In this document: positions 9,931 to 20,411 of the stretch, one piece after another
How positions within the stretch are numbered: the first letter of the stretch is position 1
How the letters are laid out: each line of letters opens with the position of its first letter
Source: Cyanobacteria bacterium J06626_4
Lineage (GTDB): Bacteria; Cyanobacteriota; Cyanobacteriia; Phormidesmidales; Phormidesmidaceae
Assembly: GCA_038523235.1 (NCBI GenBank)
Contig: JBCBJQ010000022.1
Span: forward strand, 1 to 64,000
Reading direction: 5' to 3'
Length of the DNA stretch: 64,000 nt
Notes under the pieces: generated by a model
Database searches by the model: none
What the model saw: the letters and a program-made list of their open reading frames with translations, nothing else
What the model was told of the DNA's origin: nothing
Made by a program: the position numbers and the translations under genes

Positions 9931-11659
9931 CGGCACAGTTAATCTCTCTTTGACTTGATTCCTCAACAACCCACAGATAACTTTAGCGACTCAGGGGGTT
10001 GAGGCCAGGGGCGGGGCCGTATGAGTCAAGCGCTAAACGAGATGAAACCTCTCTTGGATGAATGACTATGGGTTCTAGCTTAATTTCTTCATACATCAAC
10101 TGGGGGGAAACACCCTGAAGGTCTGTATAAAACTTTGTAGAAAGAGTTTCTCAGTAAAATTTTGAAGATGATTCCGAAAAATGGGAATCGCTAGATTTAT
10201 CTCAAGTTTAGTCAGGGATGCGGCATCATTCACCTGATCGCAATATTTAGAAAATATCGCCCTCTCTCGCTCGATGAGTGGCGATGCGAAACAACTGATC
10301 CAGCGAGAGAGTCTGCCTAGAAGGGCTCGTCATTTGCCAACAATTGCCCCTGACTGTCGTTTGCTTCAGCGATCGCCCCTGAGAATGCTGCGGCAAGGGA
10401 GCGCTGACCGCCTTCAATCCCTCTCTTGATCAGTCTCACGTTTTATCCTCAAACCCCTAAACCTATGATCAACTGGTGATTTCAGCTATCTGGGGTGACC
10501 CAATCAAATTGCGGCTTGCCATATATCCCAGGTGCAGAACATGCTCGATCAGGATTGGGCAGCCAAACCCCGTTCATCTAGGGACGCTATTTTCGCGCCC
10601 CCAACCGGCCTCACCTTGGCAGAACAATGATGCTGAATTGCCCTCGGTATTGCGCCTCTAACCCAGCGAACCAATAGCTTCTAGTGCCAGAGCCACTACA
10701 GCTCGAAACGTCTGCTCGCTCGGGGCCGCTCAACCCAAGGCAGCCGGCTCGTCAAGCGATGATTTAGCCCGGCCTCGAATATTTCGGCGATAGCTGGGGC
10801 GAGCAAGTGCCTGAGAGACCTGACTCGACAGCAAACGATTGAGTTCTCCCATGCAACGTGTGGAGCCGCTGCACCAACAGGGAAAACCAGAAGCTTTAGA
10901 CATTCGCTTCGATTTACCTCACACCCAGACAAGAAGTCATAGCTTTATTTCGTCATCAAAGTAGGGTGAAAATTCAGCCGCTTTTATCCTCATCCCAATG
11001 ACTGAGAATTTGAAAAAATCTATAGCTGAGATAGATTATCTAAAACAAAGCAATCTAGACAAAAACAGGCTTTCAAGCTAGCGGATCAAGAGAAAAATCA
11101 AAGCCATCAAAATTCTTTTTTTGTAGATAAATATTCGTGTATTTATGTATTCGGTTCTTGAAGAATTTTGCTAAACAGGGGCTCTCAGCTTTTATTCTTT
11201 GAGTTGTCAAGCGAGTGATTAGGAGTTTTCTTTTAGGGAATAATTTTATTGTGACCTGAAAGTTTTAAAAATGCTTCTCTCAGCTGGCCTGAATATATTG
11301 ATTTGTGATCTAGTTTACCTTTCCTTGAAGAAAAGTCGTTCTAGTTGCAAGCACCTTCCTGTAAGGCGATCGCAATCAAGGGCGTCAAACAAAAGCCATG
11401 ATTGATGACGTTCTCTAATACCTTGCAATACTAGAAAAGTATTTTGAAGTATTTGAGCATTGATTGGCAGAGATTTCTGAATAAAGGTTGAGCTAAATCG
11501 TCTATTCAAATCAATTTAACGGCTGCAAAAGGAGGGTTTCTCTTATGCCAGTCTTAACTGGTAGAGAGCTCATTTTCTCCAAAAATTGCTGGTCGCAGTT
11601 AAGCATCAGTAGCAAAGCTTGCTGAGCACAGAATTATCAATTGAGAAGAGGTTTTATCG

Positions 11660-12133
11660 ATGAGTATTGTTGCTAAAGTGATCGCCCAGTCCGATCGCGC
11701 TGAGCGGTTTTTAAGCGGGGCTGAGCTCACTCAACTGCAGGATTTTTTCAATGGGGGCACAACCCGCATTAGCGCCGCCCAGAAATTAGCCGCCAATCAA
11801 CAAAAGATTGTTGACGAAGGCAGCAAGCGGTTTTGGGCTCAATGTCCTAACACTCCGAGTAACAGCGGTGATCCTCAAAAAACGTCTCTTTGTCAACGCG
11901 ATCAAGGATGGTACATCCGCTTAGTGAGCTACTGCGTATTGGCGGGCAACTCTAAGCCCCTCGAAGATATTGGCCTCGATGGCATGCGTGACATGTACGT
12001 CTCGCTGCGAGTGCCCCTGCCTAACTTGAAGCTAGCGATGCGCTGCTTAAAAGAAGTCGCAATGGGTCTGCTCAGTTCAGAAGAGGCCGCACTGGCTGGG
12101 CCTTACTTTGATCAACTGGTCCGCGCCTTTTAG
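11660..12133 (+). CDS. apcD4: Far-red-absorbing allophycocyanin alpha subunit ApcD4
   Basis: MSIVAKVIAQSD...CPNTPSN...CQRDQGWYIRLVSYC resembles the LoLiP-type ApcD4; adjacent to apcB3 and isiX. Confidence 0.88.
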   Translation: MSIVAKVIAQSDRAERFLSGAELTQLQDFFNGGTTRISAAQKLAANQQKIVDEGSKRFWAQCPNTPSNSGDPQKTSLCQRDQGWYIRLVSYCVLAGNSKPLEDIGLDGMRDMYVSLRVPLPNLKLAMRCLKEVAMGLLSSEEAALAGPYFDQLVRAF

Positions 12134-12240
12134 CCTCTCGGCGACGAGGCAAGCAGAATTCGCCAAGCCGACATCCCGTTCGAGCTTGAGTCTCAAACCC
12201 ATTACTTTTGCTGTACTAATACGTCAACGCTTAAAACACC

Positions 12241-12726
12241 ATGCAAGACACGATTACCTCCGTCATCAATCCGGCTGATGAGAAAGGCACCTATTTAGAA
12301 GGTGGCGAACTCGATAAGCTAAAGCAATATTTTCAAACGGGCACTTTACGGGTTAAGGCCGCCGAGCAAATCGGTTCTAGTGCTGCCAGCATTATCAGCG
12401 ACGCCGTAGCCAAAAGCCTGCTGTATGGCGATATTACACTCCCCGGCGGCAACATGTATCCGACCCGGCGCTATGCAGCCTGTCTGCGAGACCTGACTTA
12501 CTTCTTGCGCTATGCCACCTATGCCATGCTGGCCGCTGACGCTTCCATTTTGGATGAGCGGGTGCTGAACGGCTTGAAAGATACCTACTCATCACTGGGC
12601 GTTCCGGTAGAGGAGACGATTCAAGCGGTGCAGGCGATGAAGGATGTGGTGACCCAGCGCGTGGGCGCTGAAGCCGGTCAGGAAATGAATGTCTATCTCG
12701 ACCATATCGTGAATGGTCTCAGCTAA
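12241..12726 (+). CDS. apcB3: Allophycocyanin beta subunit variant ApcB3
   Basis: [13 protein letters not shown]...[25 protein letters not shown], an ApcB fold with ApcB3-type substitutions. Confidence 0.88.
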   Translation: MQDTITSVINPADEKGTYLEGGELDKLKQYFQTGTLRVKAAEQIGSSAASIISDAVAKSLLYGDITLPGGNMYPTRRYAACLRDLTYFLRYATYAMLAADASILDERVLNGLKDTYSSLGVPVEETIQAVQAMKDVVTQRVGAEAGQEMNVYLDHIVNGLS

Positions 12727-13023
12727 AGGAGTTGCCCCAACATAGCGTCTCTGACCGCAGGGGTTTGGCAGTGCTAAACCCTTGGCTGAAAGCATTGCTA
12801 TGTCGGAGATGTGATTGCGGGAGATGGCCATTAGCAACGATGCCCGCAGGGGTGGGTTTAGTTGATGCCTTCAAGGTTCTCGCTAAACCTGCCCTTGCCG
12901 TAACGGTATCTGGTTGCTCGGCCATCTCCTCAGCGCCGCCCCTTAAACGCTAGTGCCCAATCCAGCGGCCTATCCTCATCGGTAGGCCGACGTTAACCAC
13001 CACTGTTGCTGTCACCTACTGCC

Positions 13024-14520
13024 ATGTACGCTTCTCAACAACCCCAGGAGCAATATTCCTGGTGGGCGGGCAATGCCCGATTTATCAATCTGTCAAATAC
13101 GTTTATCGTGGCCCACGTCGCCCAAGCCGCCTTAATTATGCTGTGGGCTGGGGCTTTTACTTTATTTGAGTTGGCCGTCTATTCCCCCGATGAGCCGCTC
13201 TATACCCAAGGTCTGATTCTGTTACCGCATCTGGCGACGCAGGGGTGGGGGCTCGACGCTGGGGGAGCCGTCGTTAGCACCTACACCTGGTTTGCCATTG
13301 GCATGATTCACATTGTGGCCGCTGGCGTGCTGGCGGCGGGAGCCTATTTTCATCGATCGCGGCTGCCGGCGAACTTAACGATCGCGCCGGGTCGGGCCGC
13401 CGCCTTTGATTTTGAATGGCAAGATGCGCCTAAATTAGGCTTTATCTTAGGACACCACCTCGTGTTCTTGGGCCTCGGGGCGCTGTTGCTCGTGGTCAAG
13501 GCGCAGTTCTTTGGGGGCCTCTATGATGCCAATGTCGATGAGGTGCGGCTGGTCACAGCGCCAACCCTTGATCCAGCCACCCTGTGGGACTATCGCACCC
13601 ACTTGTTTGACGTCAACAATTTAGAAGATCTAGTGGGCGGCCACATTTACGTGACGGGTCTGCTGATTGCTGGGGGCGCTTGGCACATTCTCGTGCCGCC
13701 GTTTAAGTGGGTGGAGCGGGTCTTTATATTTTCCGGTGATGGCATCCTGTCTTATTCGCTGTTTGGCATTGCGATCGCCGGATTTGCCGCTTCTTACTAC
13801 TGCGGCTTTAACACGTTGGCCTATCCTGAGGCCTTTTATGGCCCGACCCTAGAGCTCAAATCAGCGTTTTTGCCTCGCTACTTTGAGCTGTCGCCCACCA
13901 TGGCGGAGGGCTACACCAACCGCACTTGGCTGGCCAACAGTCATTTCTATCTGGCCTTTTTCTTCTTGCAGGGTGGGTTGTGGCATTTTCAGCGGGCGAT
14001 GGGCTTTGACATCAGTAGCCTGCTCGCCAGCTGGCAACTGAATCAAGAATCCGCTGACGACAATCCGCTCTTGACCTATCAGCCAGTCAGAGCGCTGCAG
14101 CCTCAAACCGCCGTCGCCATGCAATATGGTCTGCCGCAAACAGAACCGCAGCCGATGCTCAAGCGAGAGCAACCCTTTGAAGATTATGACTATCGACCCT
14201 CTCAGGGCATTGAGCAGCCGAGTCTAACAGCGATCAACGGGGTTGAGAAAACGCTGTATCAAACGACTTATCAGCTCCAAAAGGACACGGTTTACCAATC
14301 GGCGCGGGCTGATGCGAAAACCCTGTTTGGGTATGGCCGTAATGGCTCGCAGCGCTTGTATGAGCCACCTCAACCTTTACCCAAAACGTCTGTCTATGAT
14401 CAACCGATCGAGACGGTGTTTTATGAAACCAAACAAAATCACGCGCACGACGGATCTGGTCAAAGCGTTCCGGCGGCGACTGCGGTCGCCGCTCCAGCTG
14501 CCGACCCAGAAGAGACCTAA
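13024..14520 (+). CDS. isiX: IsiA/Pcb-family chlorophyll-binding protein IsiX with long hydrophilic C-terminal extension
   Basis: YSWWAGNARF, AHVAQA, LLPHLAT, GHHL, LEDLVGGH and HFYLAFFFLQGGLWH motifs, followed by a ~170-aa soluble tail. Confidence 0.87.
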   Translation: MYASQQPQEQYSWWAGNARFINLSNTFIVAHVAQAALIMLWAGAFTLFELAVYSPDEPLYTQGLILLPHLATQGWGLDAGGAVVSTYTWFAIGMIHIVAAGVLAAGAYFHRSRLPANLTIAPGRAAAFDFEWQDAPKLGFILGHHLVFLGLGALLLVVKAQFFGGLYDANVDEVRLVTAPTLDPATLWDYRTHLFDVNNLEDLVGGHIYVTGLLIAGGAWHILVPPFKWVERVFIFSGDGILSYSLFGIAIAGFAASYYCGFNTLAYPEAFYGPTLELKSAFLPRYFELSPTMAEGYTNRTWLANSHFYLAFFFLQGGLWHFQRAMGFDISSLLASWQLNQESADDNPLLTYQPVRALQPQTAVAMQYGLPQTEPQPMLKREQPFEDYDYRPSQGIEQPSLTAINGVEKTLYQTTYQLQKDTVYQSARADAKTLFGYGRNGSQRLYEPPQPLPKTSVYDQPIETVFYETKQNHAHDGSGQSVPAATAVAAPAADPEET

Positions 14521-14548
14521 CTGGGATTCACGGTAGGGGCTTGCGAAT

Positions 14549-14582
14549 CAAAGGCGCATCGGCCTTGACCGATGCGCCTTTG
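14549..14582 (+). terminator. Stem-loop after isiX
   Basis: CAAAGGCGCATCGG-N6-CCGATGCGCCTTTG, a perfect 14-bp stem. Confidence 0.75.
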
Positions 14583-14763
14583 TCATGTCGATGGAGTGGA
14601 ATGGCGCAGTTGTGTATCCGGTTAGACGCTGCACTAAACCGTCTTGATAGACGGCAGCGCGGCGACCGCTGTGACACGAAAACAGATCAGGCGATCGCCG
14701 GGTAGGTAGTCGATTGTGGTTGAATAGAGGTCAATAGTTTGTTGTTTTGTAGGAGATGCTGAG

Positions 14764-14865
14764 ATGAGTATTGGTGGAGCGATCGCATTCTTCATTATGT
14801 TGGGTGGCGGCTTTGCTACAGCGATGGTGCTGTACTTTGGCCTGAGAGCCGTCAAATTGATCTAA
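14764..14865 (+). CDS. petL: Cytochrome b6f subunit VI PetL
   Basis: 33 aa, MSIGGAIAFFIMLGGGFATAMVLYFGLRAVKLI: one TM helix and C-terminal KLI; AGGAG upstream; below the ORF-track size cutoff. Confidence 0.85.
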   Translation: MSIGGAIAFFIMLGGGFATAMVLYFGLRAVKLI

Positions 14866-15120
14866 GGCACGTCATCAAGATCGATACGCTCCTCTGAGGC
14901 CAGGCACTACGGCGTCGGCTATATGCCCATCGCGCAGGTCGATGACTGAGGTTGCACAAACCCGTAATCATTCCTCTCAGTGATGACTGGCCCTAAGGGC
15001 GCTGCCTCAATTCAGCTCGAAAGCCTGACGGGATGGGCCTTATCGCACCCGCTCCGGAAAACGAGCTAGCGGCTGAACCGCTTTCAGCATCAGGACTCAG
15101 CCGCTAAATGATGACAGCTT

Positions 15121-16071
15121 CTAGAGTTGCTCGGCCTGATAGCCCTGCTGAGCCAGCAGCTCCAACACGTTATCAGGGCCGACTAAATGCAGTGCCCCGA
15201 CGACGATGAGATAGTCGTCGTCCGCTTGCAAAAATGGCTGAATCTGGGTGGCCCAGTCGCGGTTGCGATCGCTCAAAAAGATCGCCTGCATTTCAGGATA
15301 GTCGGCAAAGCCCGCGAATAAAGTAGCTTCCAGCCCGGCAATATCGCCAGTTGACCAAGCGGTCAAAATCTCATTAAAGGACTCCTCCAGCAGATCCATC
15401 TCGGCGAGCGTTTGCTCGGTAAACTGACGCTGCTCGTCAATTGAGAGCTGCTCAAAAAAGTTGAATTGCTGCTCCACCGTCTCGAAAAACAACACCGGTT
15501 TGTCGGCCTCTTCGGCCCGCCTGTGAAAATATTGGTCGATGCCGTACTCTGGCTCAAACCCAATATCGATTAACTGAAACGAGGTCAGCGACACCGCTAA
15601 AAACCAGGGCTCAAAGCTCTCGAACAATTCGAAGGGAAGTCCCAGTTCGGCAACTTGCTGCTGGGCTAGGTCATAGGTCTCTGGGGTGAGCACCTCCGCC
15701 AATGCTTCGCCCGGCTCCGGCAGGGCCGCATCAATCATCACGGTCGCAGCATCGGTGGACGCCGCGGCACTAATGTCAGCCTCTAGCACCAACACTTCGG
15801 CCTCGTCAAAGGCGGCTTCCATCACGGCTGGTAAGGGATACTGGTCAGCGCTGAGAAAGTGCACCGATCCCAGCAGATAAACCGTATTGGTCGGCGTTTC
15901 GATCTGCCACAAAAAGTTTTCTCCAGCGGCCACAGCGGCGTCTGTGCCCGTCTGCGCTGAGCTGGATGCGACTCCTAGCAGTAGCGCCGATACCAACCCT
16001 AGCCCCATGAGGGGACGAGCGGTAATCGCGCGAACTCTATTTAACCCGTACCGACGTGCTGTGCGAATCAA
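15121..16071 (-). CDS. TraB/GumN family secreted protein (start uncertain)
   Basis: Signal peptide; FLWQI...YLLGSVH, GIDQYF, ETVEQQ, RNRDW and VGALHL motifs. Confidence 0.9.
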   Translation of the reverse strand: MIRTARRYGLNRVRAITARPLMGLGLVSALLLGVASSSAQTGTDAAVAAGENFLWQIETPTNTVYLLGSVHFLSADQYPLPAVMEAAFDEAEVLVLEADISAAASTDAATVMIDAALPEPGEALAEVLTPETYDLAQQQVAELGLPFELFESFEPWFLAVSLTSFQLIDIGFEPEYGIDQYFHRRAEEADKPVLFFETVEQQFNFFEQLSIDEQRQFTEQTLAEMDLLEESFNEILTAWSTGDIAGLEATLFAGFADYPEMQAIFLSDRNRDWATQIQPFLQADDDYLIVVGALHLVGPDNVLELLAQQGYQAEQL

Positions 16072-16167
16072 TTTTTGGTCTCCCTGAGCGCTGTTGTTCT
16101 TTCACTCTGACGATGATGGGGCGGCAAGGTGTCTCGTTCCCCCATAGTCGATGGCCTGAGGCTCCGG

Positions 16168-17631
16168 CTATCGACCCAGTACGGCCGTGCCTTCGTAGAA
16201 CCAAAAACCGGCGACACAGCCGGTCATTAAGGTTGCCAAGGTGCCGGCCCACAGAGCCTTCCAGCCCAGTTCGCTAATGTCTTTGCTGCGGGAGGGTACC
16301 AGACCCGCCAAGCCGCCCACAAAAATGCCGACGGAAGGCACGTGGGCGAAACCGCACAGCACATAGCTGATAATCACTAGGGCACGATCACTCAGCGCGC
16401 CTTCTGCTGACAAATTAGCCAAGGCAATATAGGGCGGAATCGCCGTCTTGAGCAATCGCTGGCCGATTAGCACCGAAGCAGCCCACAGCTCGTTCCACTC
16501 TAAAGAAACGCCGGTGAGAAAAGTCAGCGGCAAAAACAAGACCCCGGTAATGTTATCGAGCGTCACCACGCTAAAAATGCTGCCCACAAGTTGTAGCAAC
16601 GGCGTCAAGAAACTGCCCAGCTGCTGCACGAGCTGGGCGTCATTTTCCTGCCATAGAGCAATGGTTTGCAGGGATGCCAGCGTGGCAAAGGTCAAATCGA
16701 GCAGGGCCACTAAGCCCAAAATCGCGATTAACGCGGCGGCAATACCAACGGCCATCTTGACGCCGTCAAGCGCGCCACCGATCAGCGCATCCATGGGACT
16801 TGTTTGCTCGGCTTCGGCTTCTACCAGTTCGGGCACTTTACCCAAGGTTTGGGGCACATCTTTTTCGGGAACGAGAATTTTGGCCATGATAAAGGCCGCC
16901 GGAATCGTCAGAATCGAAGCCGACATCAGGTGTCCGGCAATCGCGGGAAACGTCCCCCGCAAAAATCCGGCATATAAGCCCAAAACCGTGGAGGCGATCG
17001 AGCCAAAGCACGACGCCAGAATGGCGCACAGCTCGCTTCGGGTCATATTGACGAGAAACGGCTTGATCGCCACGGCGGACTCAATGCCGACAAAAATGTT
17101 GGCCGCCCCCGCCAGGGATTCGGCCCCACTGATATTCATCACCGAGCGGAAGAACTTGGCAAACACCCGCACGATCGGCTGCACCACGCCCAAGTTATAG
17201 AGCAGGCTAAAAATCGCCGCGAAGAAGACGACTTGGGGCAGCGAGCGAAACGCCACAATGTAGCCCAAGCTAAGATTGCCCGGTGATAGGCGATCGCCGG
17301 GGATAGCAGCAAAAGGCGGGGTCAAGGCTCGGGCTAACCACCGGCCCGCCCCTTGCGGCCCAGCGGCCGCTGTGGGGTTAGGCACAATGACATCACCAAA
17401 CAAAAACCTCGCTCCGGCCTCGGAGGCGTCAATCAGGGCATTGAGAAAATCGCTGAGCAGTTTGACCAGCTCTCGCGTCAGCGGAAAGCGAAAAATAAAG
17501 AGCCCCAGCACGAGCTGGGTACCAATGCCCCAGGCCATCAGCTTCCAGGGCACCCGCTGGCGGTCTTCGGAACCGAGCCAGGCTACAAAACACAGACCCG
17601 CAATCCCCACCAGTGACAGTAAGTTGAGCAT
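16168..17631 (-). CDS. nupC: CNT-family Na+/H+:nucleoside transporter
   Basis: GAESLAGAANIFVG, MTRSEL and YVLCGFAH motifs; polytopic membrane protein. Confidence 0.9.
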   Translation of the reverse strand: MLNLLSLVGIAGLCFVAWLGSEDRQRVPWKLMAWGIGTQLVLGLFIFRFPLTRELVKLLSDFLNALIDASEAGARFLFGDVIVPNPTAAAGPQGAGRWLARALTPPFAAIPGDRLSPGNLSLGYIVAFRSLPQVVFFAAIFSLLYNLGVVQPIVRVFAKFFRSVMNISGAESLAGAANIFVGIESAVAIKPFLVNMTRSELCAILASCFGSIASTVLGLYAGFLRGTFPAIAGHLMSASILTIPAAFIMAKILVPEKDVPQTLGKVPELVEAEAEQTSPMDALIGGALDGVKMAVGIAAALIAILGLVALLDLTFATLASLQTIALWQENDAQLVQQLGSFLTPLLQLVGSIFSVVTLDNITGVLFLPLTFLTGVSLEWNELWAASVLIGQRLLKTAIPPYIALANLSAEGALSDRALVIISYVLCGFAHVPSVGIFVGGLAGLVPSRSKDISELGWKALWAGTLATLMTGCVAGFWFYEGTAVLGR

Positions 17632-17802
17632 GTGGTGCCGCCTTCTCCCACAGTTAACGCCACGATTCTACAAGGGTTAGTCAGTTCTGAACCGCCTGAT
17701 CGCCACTTTGTAAGGCATTGCAATGCATCTGGCCTAGACGACTCTATGCGTAATGGGTATCCCCAATTCATAATGGGGGAAAACGGTTGCCCTTCAGTTT
17801 TT

Positions 17803-18084
17803 ATGAATCCATTCTCTCCGGTACCTCCGAGCTGGGCCGAGTTAGCAGTGCATGCCCAGCAGTTTGGCTGCCCTAGCTGCGGGGCTGACGTGACTGAGTC
17901 ACAAGCGGTGTGGATCAATCGTCGATCGCCGGTCTATACCGAAGCACACAAACGCAAATGGCAAGAGTTTTATCACTGCGGCAAGTGTGGAGCAGCCTGG
18001 TGGGCCTGGAGCAGCGATCGCCCCCCTACCGACTGGAGCGGCGAGGCCGAGGTGGATAGTGCCAGCGATCCTTTCGGGTTGTAG
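17803..18084 (+). CDS. Small zinc-ribbon hypothetical protein
   Basis: CPSC...KWQEFYHCGKCG..WWAWSSDRP; ends 6 bp before rbsK. Confidence 0.75.
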   Translation: MNPFSPVPPSWAELAVHAQQFGCPSCGADVTESQAVWINRRSPVYTEAHKRKWQEFYHCGKCGAAWWAWSSDRPPTDWSGEAEVDSASDPFGL

Positions 18085-18090
18085 GCCGCT

Positions 18091-19014
18091 ATGACAGTAG
18101 TGGTTTTTGGCAGCTTAAATATGGACTTGGTGGTGCGCTCAGCGCGCCTCCCCGTGCCGGGGGAGACGATATTGGGCCGACAGTTTGCCACGATTGCGGG
18201 GGGCAAGGGGGCCAACCAGGCGGTGGCGGTGGCCCGTCAGCGCGTGCCGACCGTGATGGTGGGCCGCGTCGGGTCCGACCGCTATGGCCCCGACTTGTGC
18301 CAGGTCCTAGCCAACGAGGGGATCAGAGTTGACGGGGTGAGCCAAGACTCCACTGTTGCCACGGGCATTGCCGCGATCACTGTGGCCGACTCGGGCGCGA
18401 ATCAAATCATTGTCGTGCCGGGAGCCAACGGTCAGGTTGGCCTACCAGAACTGGAGTATCTGAAGGGACAGCTCGCCGCCGCCGAGTGTCTGCTGCTGCA
18501 GCTCGAAATCCCGCTATCGACGGTGACGACTGCCGCGCAACTGGCCCATGCGGCTGGGCTGAGGGTCATTCTCGATTCCGCTCCCGCACCCCAGGCCGAT
18601 CTGCGATCGCTCTATCCCCACATTGATATTCTGACGCCCAATCAGGTCGAGGCGGCGCAGCTGGTCGGGTTTCCGGTCGAGACGATCGCCCAGGCTCACG
18701 AGGCGATCGTGATGCTGCGGCAGCAAGGGGTCGCTACCGTCATCATCAAACTGGGTGAGCAGGGTATTCTCTGCGGCAGTCAAGAGGAACAGAGCATCCA
18801 TATACCAGCGCTGCCCGTATCGGCAGTAGATACCGTGGCCGCTGGGGATGCCTTTAATGGCGGTCTGGCCGTGGCTTTGCAAGCAGGCAAATCCCTGCCC
18901 GAAGCATTGCATTGGGCAACCGCCACGGCTGCCTGGTCAGTCACCCAACCCGGTGCCCAACCCTCACTGCCCACGCGATCGCAGGTGAAAGACCTAATCA
19001 ATTCCCTGGCATAA
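18091..19014 (+). CDS. rbsK: Ribokinase
   Basis: GSLNMDLV, GGKGANQA, PNQVE and DTVAAGDAFNG motifs. Confidence 0.93.
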   Translation: MTVVVFGSLNMDLVVRSARLPVPGETILGRQFATIAGGKGANQAVAVARQRVPTVMVGRVGSDRYGPDLCQVLANEGIRVDGVSQDSTVATGIAAITVADSGANQIIVVPGANGQVGLPELEYLKGQLAAAECLLLQLEIPLSTVTTAAQLAHAAGLRVILDSAPAPQADLRSLYPHIDILTPNQVEAAQLVGFPVETIAQAHEAIVMLRQQGVATVIIKLGEQGILCGSQEEQSIHIPALPVSAVDTVAAGDAFNGGLAVALQAGKSLPEALHWATATAAWSVTQPGAQPSLPTRSQVKDLINSLA

Positions 19015-19102
19015 GCCGCTCAGAAGTTTAACAAACTGAAGTCTGACGAAGACAGTTTGAATACCTGAAATCACGCGTTGACCAGCTTCTTGATGCCATA
19101 TT

Positions 19103-19130
19103 CCGAACTCCGAACTCCGAACTCCGAACT
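19103..19130. repeat. Heptamer short tandem repeat (STRR-type)
   Basis: CCGAACT x4. Confidence 0.85.
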
Positions 19131-19188
19131 CTGCCAGGCCAAGGAATTCAGGACTGACCGGCGACCTCTACCCATAGAGCATGGCTGA

Positions 19189-19302
19189 TACCAATTCGCT
19201 GAATTTAGACTACACATCCCAAAAAGTGTGTAGCTCCTTTCGACAAGGGGGCAGCGACAGCGGGGGATCGCCGATCTGTAGCGCTATTTTTCAGAACTGG
19301 TA
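19189..19302. mobile_element. Small TA-flanked MITE/dispersed repeat, copy 1
   Basis: Ends TACCAATTC...GAACTGGTA; interior similar to the copy at 24491 in the opposite orientation. Confidence 0.7.
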
Positions 19303-19306
19303 TGAC

Positions 19307-19738
19307 TCAGTTGCCCCCCACACTAATCGGCGTGCCCATAACCTCAGCGCGGGTAAGATCGATATCCGTCAGGATGGCTCCGGCAACCGCAACAAAATAA
19401 AGCTTGGCCTCGGTCAAATTGGCGTTGGTCAAATTAGCATTCTCTAAACTAGCGTTAGTTAAAAAGGCATTGGTCAAATCGGCCCCAGTCAAGTCAGCCC
19501 CAGTCAGATCAGCCCCTTCTAAATTAGTTTCCTGCAGGTTGGCGTCAGTCAAATCAGCCGCCCGCAGGTCAGCACCAATCAGATGAGCCTGCCGCAAATC
19601 AGCTTCAGATAAATCACAGCCATAACAAGCGCCAGTCGTGAGTAACCGCTCCACGTGAGCCGGATTATCGGCCCGCACGACAGCCGTCATGCCAGCCGTC
19701 ATGAGCAGCGACAATCCGATCGCAGCGATCCGTTTCAT
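19307..19738 (-). CDS. Secreted/lumenal pentapeptide repeat protein
   Basis: Signal peptide, C..C, A(D/N)L.. repeats. Confidence 0.92.
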   Translation of the reverse strand: MKRIAAIGLSLLMTAGMTAVVRADNPAHVERLLTTGACYGCDLSEADLRQAHLIGADLRAADLTDANLQETNLEGADLTGADLTGADLTNAFLTNASLENANLTNANLTEAKLYFVAVAGAILTDIDLTRAEVMGTPISVGGN

Positions 19739-20411
19739 GATTATTCTCCGATTGCAAGAGATCAGGCGGCAAAGGAGTCGTCAGGCGACTAAAAATGCCG
19801 TTTCCAAACCTCACACCGAGGCAATTTGAGGCCATCTGCGCAAACATTTCGACCTGCCTAACAGCCGCTCTTTGGACCGTCAGCCGAAACCAATTGCATC
19901 ACAAAGTCTAGAATCCCAAAGTTTTGTGACTAAAACTACAATTGCCGTAATCTACATTTCAATTACTTGCTTTAGCTTCAGAAAAGTATAGATTTTCGCC
20001 GATCTGTAGACTCATTTGCCACACTTCTATGTTGGCATGTTCTGCTTGAAAGGGTCAGGCAAGAGCCCAGTTCTGCAAGAAAACGTACAGTTCATGGGGA
20101 TCAAATAGAGAACAGCCATTCTTCGAATTTTCTTTACACAAATCGGGGGCACTTATATTTTTAATTCGTCACTATATAGAGGGTGTAATCTACCAAATGC
20201 GTCCCCAGCGATCGCCCTTCTCGCTGCTGATTGATCCTTGAGCAGGTGGGGCATTCTGTCGATGGCAGTGGATTTTCCATTGACCGGCGCATATGTTCAC
20301 TATTGACTTTCCTGACCTTCGGGAAACGATAACTTCGGATTGTATTGATATAGACCGACGCTTCACTCAGGATTCCCATACACCGAGGCCACAGGCAGAG
20401 GTTTAACCCAC

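Noticed and set aside
12732..12953. 73-aa ORF between apcB3 and isiX as a possible linker or Hli gene
   Set aside because: TTG start and no recognisable linker or chlorophyll-binding motif
16448..17200. Long antisense ORFs (e.g. 250 aa opposite nupC, 185 aa opposite DUF554)
   Set aside because: Typical stop-poor shadows of GC-rich coding strands, with no motifs
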